Below, piece by piece: positions 6,721-12,356 of a stretch of DNA of 12,356 nucleotides (position 1 is its first letter; each line of letters opens with the position of its first letter). The stretch covers positions 1 through 12,356 of the forward strand of contig JBGQEL010000125.1 in assembly GCA_041496385.1 (NCBI GenBank), in the 5' to 3' direction. This stretch comes from Candidatus Methylomirabilia bacterium (GTDB lineage Bacteria > Methylomirabilota > Methylomirabilia > Rokubacteriales > CSP1-6). Made by a program: the position numbers and the translations under genes. Below the pieces are notes generated by a model. That model saw only the letters and a list, made by a program, of their open reading frames with translations, had not been told where the DNA came from and made no database searches.

Positions 6721-9045
6721 ATGGCGACTCCGAGACTCATGGGCGCTGAGGTCAAACGCAAGGAAGACCCCCGGCTGATCACGGGCGCGTCGTCGTACGT
6801 GGGCGACCTCAAGCTGCCGGGCCTCCACTACGTCGCGTTCGTGCGGAGCCCGCACGCCCACGCGAAGATCCGGAAGATCGACGCGTCGCGGGCGGCGAAA
6901 CGCGCCGGCGTCGTGCGGGTCGTCACCGGCCAGGACATCAAGGACCTCTGCGCGCCGCTGCCGCTCGGCGGCGCCTCGGCCGAGGGCGGTGCCGCCGCGG
7001 CGGCGTCCATCGGGCGCAAGCACTATCCGCTCTCGATCGGCCGCGTGCTCTGCGTCGGCGAGGCCGTGGCCGCGGTCATCGCGACGAGCGAGGCCGTCGC
7101 GGCCGACGCCGCCGCCGACGTCCTCGTGGACTGGGAGCCGCTGCCCGCGGTCGTCGAGCCGTTCGCCGCGATGGCGAAGGGAGCGCCGCAGCTCCACGCG
7201 GACGCGCCGGGCAACGTCGAGCACAAGAACCAGATCAAGGCGGGCGACCCCGACGCCGTCTTCGCCAAGGCCCGGCGGGTCGTGAAGCAGCGGATGATCA
7301 GCCAGCGGCTCTGCGGCGTGCCGCTCGAGACGCGCGGGATGCTGGCGGCGCCGGATCCCGCCACGGGCGGGCTCACCGTCTGGGCCACGAACCAGGCGCC
7401 GCACAGCCTGCGGAACGATCTGGCCAGCGCGCTCGGTCTCCCCCAGAACATGGTCCGGGTGATCGCGCCCGAGGTGGGGGGCGGCTTCGGCGTGAAGTTC
7501 GGCTGCTACCCGGAGGACGCCACGCTCGCCGTGCTGGCGCGGCGCTACGGGCTGCCGCTCCGCTGGAGCGAGACGCGGCTCGAGCACATGCTCGCGACCA
7601 CCCACGGGCGCGACCAGGTCACCGACCTCGAGGCCGCCGTCGAGGACGACGGCACGATCGCGGCGCTCCGGATGCGCGTCACGGCGAACATCGGCGCCTA
7701 TCCGATCTTCACCTTCATCCCCGACCTCACGCTCATGATGGGCGTGGGCGTCTACAAGGTCGCGCACGTGGATCTGCAGTCGACGTGCGTCTTCACCAAC
7801 ACGACCTCCGTGGCCGCCTACCGCGGCGCCGGCCGGCCCGAGGCCGCCTACTACCTCGAGCGCCTGATGGACGTGATCGCGGCCGAGCTCGGCAAGTCAC
7901 CCGAAGAGGTCCGGCGCAAGAACTTCATCGCGCCGGGCGCCTTCCCCTATGCGGCGCCGACCGGCCAGAACTACGACAGCGGCGAGTACGACCGGGCGCT
8001 CACGAAGGCGCTCGAGATCGCGGGCGTGACGAAGCTCCGCGCCGAGCAGAAGGAGCGCCTGCAGCGGAACGACCGCCGGCTCCTCGGCATCGGCATCGCG
8101 TGCTACGTCGAGATGTGCGGCTTCGGCCCCTTCGAGAGCGCGGTGGTCCGCGCCGAGCCGAGCGGCGTCGTGACCGCGTACACCGGCACCTCCGCCCACG
8201 GCCAGGGTCACGAGACGACGTTCGCCCAGATCATCGCCGACCATCTCGGCGTGGACTTCGACAAGATCGTCGTCCGCCACGGCGACACGCTCAACACGCC
8301 GATGGGCAACGGCACGGGCGGCAGCCGCAGCCTCGTCGTCGGCGGCTCCGCCATCATCCACGCCTCGCAGAAGGTGCAAGCGAAGGCGCGCCGGATCGCG
8401 GCCCACATGCTCGAGGCCGCGGCCGACGACGTCGTCTTCCAGGACGGCCGCTACCAGGTGAAGGGCGTGCCGAGCAAGGCGCTCGGCTTCGCCGAGATCG
8501 CCGCGCGCGCCTACCAGGACGGCCTCCCGGCCGACGTGGACGCCGGCCTCGAGGCGACCGAGTTCTTCCGCCCGCCCGCGCTCGTCTACCCGTTCGGCGC
8601 CCACGTGGCCGTGGTCGAGATCGATCGTGAGACCGGCCGCGTGAGCGTACGGACGTTCGTCTCGGTGGACGATTGCGGCGTGCGCATCAGCCCCATGCTC
8701 GTGGCGGGCCAGGTGCACGGCGGGCTGGCCCAGGGCATCGCCCAGGCGCTGCACGAGGAGCTGGTCTACGGCGAGGATGGCCAGCTCGTGACCGGCACGC
8801 TGATGGACTACGCGGTCCCCAAGGCCGACGACCTGCCCTCGTTCACGACCGACCAGACCGTGACGCAGAGCCCGCGCAACCCGATGGGTGCCAAGGGCAT
8901 CGGCGAGGCGGCGACGATCGGCTCGACGCCGGCGGTCGTGAACGCGGTCGTGGACGCGCTGCGATCCTTCGGCGTGCGGCACCTCGACATGCCGCTCCGG
9001 GCCGAGCGCGTCTGGCGCGCGATGCAGTCGAAGAAGCGCGCCTAG
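6721..9045 (+). CDS. Xanthine dehydrogenase-family molybdopterin subunit, form II CoxL/CutL-like (putative CO dehydrogenase or aldehyde oxidoreductase), 774 aa
   Basis: ATG 6721 follows the RBS AAAGGA. Motifs include RKEDPRLITG, GGGFGVK, active-site loop AYRGAGRPE (7816 onward; the form II motif, not form I AYxCSFR), HGQGHETT, GGSRS and KGIGEA. Confidence 0.9.
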   Translation: MATPRLMGAEVKRKEDPRLITGASSYVGDLKLPGLHYVAFVRSPHAHAKIRKIDASRAAKRAGVVRVVTGQDIKDLCAPLPLGGASAEGGAAAAASIGRKHYPLSIGRVLCVGEAVAAVIATSEAVAADAAADVLVDWEPLPAVVEPFAAMAKGAPQLHADAPGNVEHKNQIKAGDPDAVFAKARRVVKQRMISQRLCGVPLETRGMLAAPDPATGGLTVWATNQAPHSLRNDLASALGLPQNMVRVIAPEVGGGFGVKFGCYPEDATLAVLARRYGLPLRWSETRLEHMLATTHGRDQVTDLEAAVEDDGTIAALRMRVTANIGAYPIFTFIPDLTLMMGVGVYKVAHVDLQSTCVFTNTTSVAAYRGAGRPEAAYYLERLMDVIAAELGKSPEEVRRKNFIAPGAFPYAAPTGQNYDSGEYDRALTKALEIAGVTKLRAEQKERLQRNDRRLLGIGIACYVEMCGFGPFESAVVRAEPSGVVTAYTGTSAHGQGHETTFAQIIADHLGVDFDKIVVRHGDTLNTPMGNGTGGSRSLVVGGSAIIHASQKVQAKARRIAAHMLEAAADDVVFQDGRYQVKGVPSKALGFAEIAARAYQDGLPADVDAGLEATEFFRPPALVYPFGAHVAVVEIDRETGRVSVRTFVSVDDCGVRISPMLVAGQVHGGLAQGIAQALHEELVYGEDGQLVTGTLMDYAVPKADDLPSFTTDQTVTQSPRNPMGAKGIGEAATIGSTPAVVNAVVDALRSFGVRHLDMPLRAERVWRAMQSKKRA

Positions 9046-9091
9046 CGGCGGCCGGGCCCGCGCCAGCCACTTCGCGTCGACCCTCCCCCGC

Positions 9092-9107
9092 TATGATCGC
9101 GGTCATA
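9092..9107. promoter_or_regulatory. Crp/Fnr-type palindromic box 1, TATGA-TCGCGG-TCATA
   Basis: Perfect 5-bp arms with a 6-nt spacer, a near copy of box 2 (10671-10686). It is centred 41.5 nt upstream of ATG 9141, with CATCGT at -12..-7. Confidence 0.7.
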
Positions 9108-9140
9108 TCGGCCGCGCCCCGGTGTCGGCATCGTCTGCGC

Positions 9141-9440
9141 ATGGCACCGAGTGAAGAGCAGATCCGCGACGCGCTGAAGCAGGTCTCCGACCCGGAGATC
9201 CCGGTGGACATCGTCAATCTCGGGCTCGTCTACGGAACGGCCTTCCAGAACGGCGCCGTGCGCATCACCATGACGACGACGGCTCCGGGCTGCCCCGTCG
9301 GGGAGTATCTCGTGAAGGAAATCGAAGCGGCCGTTCGGAAGCTCGCCGGCGTGAGCGCGGTCAGCGTGGAATTCGTGTGGAATCCGCCGTGGCGCCCCGA
9401 GATGATGAGCGCCGAGGCCAAGCGGCAGCTCGGCTGGTGA
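9141..9440 (+). CDS. Metal-sulfur cluster assembly factor (DUF59 / SufT / PaaD-like), 99 aa
   Basis: DPEIPVDIVNLGLVY, MTTTAPGCP and VWNPPWRPEMMS are the DUF59 signatures. The real start lies inside the longer listed ORF 8673..9440. Confidence 0.92.
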   Translation: MAPSEEQIRDALKQVSDPEIPVDIVNLGLVYGTAFQNGAVRITMTTTAPGCPVGEYLVKEIEAAVRKLAGVSAVSVEFVWNPPWRPEMMSAEAKRQLGW

Positions 9441-9499
9441 ACAACCGAGCCTAGCCCGGGCGCTACGTATCCCCCTCCTGTGATAGGTTCTTGTCGATC

Positions 9500-10213
9500 A
9501 TGCCGGCGTCGCGCGCCATCGACATCCTCAGCTCGAGTCCCCTCTTCGCGGGACTGCCTGCCGCGGACCTGGCAACGCTGGCCGCCGTCGCGCGTGAGCA
9601 ACGGCTCCAGGCACGTGACTACGTGTTCATGGAAGGCGATCCCGCACTGTGGTTCTGCCTCGTCGTCGAGGGGCGCGTGAAGATCCTCCGTCAGGCGAGG
9701 GCGGGAAAGGACGTCGTCCTCCAGCTGCTCGGGCCCGGCGACCCCTTTGGCGGCGTGGCCGTGATCGAGCGGCGCCCGTATCCTGCGTCCGCCCAGGTCA
9801 CCGAGGCCAGCGTAGTTCTAAAGATCCCGCAGGACGTCATCGTTCCGGTCGTCGAGCGCCATCCGTCGATCGTTCGGGAAATGGCGTTGATGATCGGCCG
9901 GCGCCTGCGCGCAGCCCACGACACCGTCAAGTCCCTCGCCGTCGATCCGGTGGAGGCGCGCCTGGCGGCGACGCTCCTGCGGCTGGCGGAGCGCGACGGT
10001 ACGCGCGGCCGCCACGGCCTGATCCTGGCGGTTCACCTCACGCGACAGACCCTGGCCGACATGAGCGGGACGACCGTGGAGACGGCGATCCGGATCATGA
10101 GCCGCTGGCAGCGCGATGGCCTCGTGCGCGACGCGGAAGGCCGCCTTGTGCTGGCTGACGTCGAGGCGCTGCGTGCGCTGGCCGACAGCGAGAGCGGCGG
10201 AGCGGCGCCGTGA
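9500..10213 (+). CDS. Crp/Fnr-family transcriptional regulator (DNR/NnrR/HcpR-like, no Fe-S Cys cluster), 237 aa
   Basis: cNMP-type beta-barrel (VFMEGDP...GRVKI...GPGDPFGG...YPASA), VEARLA dimer helix, and HTH LTRQTLADMSGTTVETAIRIMSRW. Only one Cys. ATG 9500 is preferred over TTG 9491; an extended -10-like TG-A-TAGGTT lies at 9481-9489. Confidence 0.92.
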   Translation: MPASRAIDILSSSPLFAGLPAADLATLAAVAREQRLQARDYVFMEGDPALWFCLVVEGRVKILRQARAGKDVVLQLLGPGDPFGGVAVIERRPYPASAQVTEASVVLKIPQDVIVPVVERHPSIVREMALMIGRRLRAAHDTVKSLAVDPVEARLAATLLRLAERDGTRGRHGLILAVHLTRQTLADMSGTTVETAIRIMSRWQRDGLVRDAEGRLVLADVEALRALADSESGGAAP

Positions 10214-10653
10214 CGCCCCTGGTTCGTCGCTACATCAAGACCAGCTTCGTGTTTCTTCTGGCCGGGCTCCTCCTCGGCGCCTACCTCGTCGTCGGCCAGT
10301 TCCTGCTCAACGTCTACCCGTCTCATCTCCACGTCACGGCCCACGTCCACCTGCTCCTCGTCGGCTTCGTGCTCATGATCGTGATGGGCGTGGCCACGTG
10401 GATGTTTCCGCGCCCGTCCCGCGACGACACCGGCTACCGGCCGGGGCTCGCCGAGGCCATCTACTGGATCATGACGATCGCCACGGCCGTGCGCGCCCTC
10501 GCCGAGGTGCTCGTGCCGCTCGCGGGGCTCCCCGGCCTCCTGCCGCTGATCGCCGTCGCCGGCCTCGGCCAGCTCGCCGGCACGGCGCTCTTCGTGGCCA
10601 ACATGTGGCGGCGCGTCCGGATGCCGGCCCCCTCCGTACCTCCCGCTCGCTGA
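10210..10653 (+). CDS. Four-TM membrane protein with an AHVH motif (resembles a heme-copper oxidase subunit I or NnrS-type segment), function unknown, 147 aa
   Basis: The GTG start overlaps the regulator stop (GTGA, translational coupling). It has four hydrophobic segments and the motif TAHVHLLLVGFVLMIVMGVATWMFPR. Confidence 0.8.
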   Translation: MTPLVRRYIKTSFVFLLAGLLLGAYLVVGQFLLNVYPSHLHVTAHVHLLLVGFVLMIVMGVATWMFPRPSRDDTGYRPGLAEAIYWIMTIATAVRALAEVLVPLAGLPGLLPLIAVAGLGQLAGTALFVANMWRRVRMPAPSVPPAR

Positions 10654-10670
10654 CGGCCAGCCGGCCCACA

Positions 10671-10686
10671 TATGACAGCGGTCATA
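10671..10686. promoter_or_regulatory. Crp/Fnr-type palindromic box 2, TATGAC-AGCG-GTCATA, upstream of nirK
   Basis: Perfect 6-bp arms. A -10 TATGCT at 10709-10714 places the box centre at about -41.5/-42.5. RBS AGGAGG at 10722-10727. Confidence 0.75.
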
Positions 10687-10736
10687 CCCGGCGTCGCATA
10701 CGGGCCTCTATGCTCGAGGTCAGGAGGGCCAGGACG

Positions 10737-12230
10737 ATGAGGCGGCCATTCGACTCGAAGTTCCGCGCCGTGCGCTCGCTCGCAGTCGTGCTGAGCATCG
10801 GAGTGTGGAGTCTCGCCTTCGCGGCGGACCAGCCACCGGGGCAACCGGGGCCCGGAATACGCCAGCACCTGGCGCAACGCAAGGCTCCGGCGACGACGGT
10901 GGCGCCAAAGGTGTCGAAGCAGAGCCCGGCGGCGGAATACACACCGACGGTGCGCTTTCGGCTGCGCACCGAGCTGGCCGAGGGCAAGCTGGCGTTCGTC
11001 GGCGTTGGCGGCGACATCGAAGGCCTGGTCAACCCGACCCTGCACGTCGCCGAAGGCGCGGTCGTGCAGGTGGGCCTCGTGAACGGGGACGGCATCGAAC
11101 ACGACGCGGTATTCCCAGATTTCAAGGCGGGCACCGACCGCGTCAACCGGAAAGGCGCCAGCAGCGTGACGGTGTTCCGCGCGGACAAAGCGGGAGAGTT
11201 CGAGTACTTCTGTTCCCTGCCCGGACACCGCCAGGCGGGCATGGCGGGCAAGCTCGTCGTGGGCGGCCCCAGGCCGGCGGTGGCCGCCCTGCCGCCCTCG
11301 GTGAGTATCGCTCGCGATCCGGCGGACCTGCCCGGGCCCGTGACCTCGTCCGGGCCACGAACGGTGAAGGTCGAGCTGGAGGCCGTGGAGCTGGTGGGCA
11401 GGCTCGCGAACGAGACCACCTACACCTACTGGACGTTCAACGGTAAGGTGCCGGGCCCCTTCATCCGCGTCCGCCTCGGCGACACCGTGGAGCTCGATTT
11501 CAAGAACCGCGCCGACAGCAGGATGATCCACTCGGTCGACCTTCACGCCGTGACGGGGCCGGGTGGCGGCGCCGTCATGACACAGACGCCTCCCGGTGAA
11601 GCGAAATCGTTCCGCTTCAAGGCGCTGAACCCCGGAGTCTACGTTTACCACTGCGCGACGCCGATGGTGGCCAACCACATCTCGAGCGGCATGTACGGCC
11701 TGATCCTCGTCGAGCCCCCGGGCGGCCTGCCGCGCGTGGACCGGGAGTTCTACGTCATGCAGGGCGAGATCTACACGGACCGGCCGTTCGGGCAGCGTGG
11801 CCACGACGAGTTCAGCGTCGAGAAGCTCCTCGCCGAGCGGCCCGAGTACTTCGTGTTCAACGGCGCCGTCGGTGCCCTGACGGCGGAGTACCCGATGAAG
11901 GCGAATGTCGGCGAGACCGTCCGCATCTTCTTCGGCGTCGGCGGCCCGAACGCCACGTCGTCGTTCCACGTCATCGGCGAGATCTTCGACCGGGTCTACG
12001 AGCAGGGGGCCTTCGGCTCTCCGCTCGCCACCAACGTACAGACGACCACGGTTCCCGCCGGTGGTGCCACGATCGTCGAATTCAAGCTCGAGGTCCCGGG
12101 GCGCTACATCCTCGTGGATCACGCCCTCGCCCGGCTCGAGCGCGGCCTCGCCGGATTCCTGGTCGTCGAGGGTCAGGACAATCCCGACGTCTTCCACAGT
12201 AACGACGCCCCCAGCAGGGCAGGCCATTGA
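10737..12230 (+). CDS. nirK: Copper-containing nitrite reductase with an extra N-terminal cupredoxin domain (three-domain NirK), Sec signal peptide, 497 aa
   Basis: ATG 10737 follows AGGAGG; the signal peptide ends in AFA. The N-domain type-1 Cu ligands are IEHD...YFCSLPGHRQAGM. Core motifs are WTFNGKVPGP, HSVDLH, YHCATPMVANHISSGM, SSFHVIGEIFD and LVDHAL. Confidence 0.95.
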   Translation: MRRPFDSKFRAVRSLAVVLSIGVWSLAFAADQPPGQPGPGIRQHLAQRKAPATTVAPKVSKQSPAAEYTPTVRFRLRTELAEGKLAFVGVGGDIEGLVNPTLHVAEGAVVQVGLVNGDGIEHDAVFPDFKAGTDRVNRKGASSVTVFRADKAGEFEYFCSLPGHRQAGMAGKLVVGGPRPAVAALPPSVSIARDPADLPGPVTSSGPRTVKVELEAVELVGRLANETTYTYWTFNGKVPGPFIRVRLGDTVELDFKNRADSRMIHSVDLHAVTGPGGGAVMTQTPPGEAKSFRFKALNPGVYVYHCATPMVANHISSGMYGLILVEPPGGLPRVDREFYVMQGEIYTDRPFGQRGHDEFSVEKLLAERPEYFVFNGAVGALTAEYPMKANVGETVRIFFGVGGPNATSSFHVIGEIFDRVYEQGAFGSPLATNVQTTTVPAGGATIVEFKLEVPGRYILVDHALARLERGLAGFLVVEGQDNPDVFHSNDAPSRAGH

Positions 12231-12242
12231 CGGAGAGAAGGA

Positions 12243-12356
12243 TCACGGGGCGCCCGCCGCGGCGAGCCCGACCGGGCACGCGAGACCCGTGCCGCCGAGG
12301 CCGCAGTAGCCGAACGGGTTCTTCGCCAGGTACTGCTGGTGATAGTCCTCGGCGTA
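12243..12356 (-). CDS. msrA: Peptide-methionine (S)-S-oxide reductase, C-terminal 37 residues (partial at the window edge)
   Basis: The minus strand reads [37 protein letters not shown], the MsrA C-terminal signature with two resolving Cys. Confidence 0.9.
   Translation of the reverse strand, partial: YAEDYHQQYLAKNPFGYCGLGGTGLACPVGLAAAGAP

Noticed and set aside
6721..9045. Call as a bona fide (form I) aerobic CO dehydrogenase
   Set aside because: It lacks the Cu-binding AYxCSFR loop, and no coxM/coxS or accessory cox genes are adjacent.
9500..10213. Call as the O2-sensing FNR
   Set aside because: Only one Cys is present, so there are no 4Fe-4S ligands.
10116..10736. Apparent 704-aa NirK with a long N-terminal extension
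   Set aside because: The extension overlaps the regulator and membrane-protein genes in another frame and is Arg/Pro-rich noise. The RBS, promoter and signal peptide support ATG 10737.

Overview
High-GC bacterial window. The gene content and one degenerate peptide fragment suggest Candidatus Rokubacteria/Methylomirabilota, but that is inference. Left to right: about 600 bp of degenerate or foreign-looking DNA; a complete 1445-bp IS1182-like element (15-bp terminal inverted repeats, CTAG flanks) that has removed the start of a small CxxC/HxHxH (HIT-like) gene; two inverted copies of an unannotated ~160-nt structured repeat, each placed immediately after the stop codon of one of two convergent genes; a beta-lactamase-fold serine hydrolase (minus strand); a Tat-exported IorAB-type molybdoenzyme pair; a stand-alone form II CoxL-like molybdo-hydroxylase subunit; a probable nitrite/NO module (DUF59/SufT-like protein, Crp/Fnr regulator with no Cys cluster, 4-TM HxH membrane protein, and a copper nitrite reductase NirK with an extra N-terminal cupredoxin domain) carrying two TATGA-N6-TCATA boxes at class II activator positions; and the 3' end of msrA. 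The best candidates for undescribed biology are the covarying 3'-UTR repeat pair (2350-2762) and the variant Crp/Fnr box and regulon around nirK.
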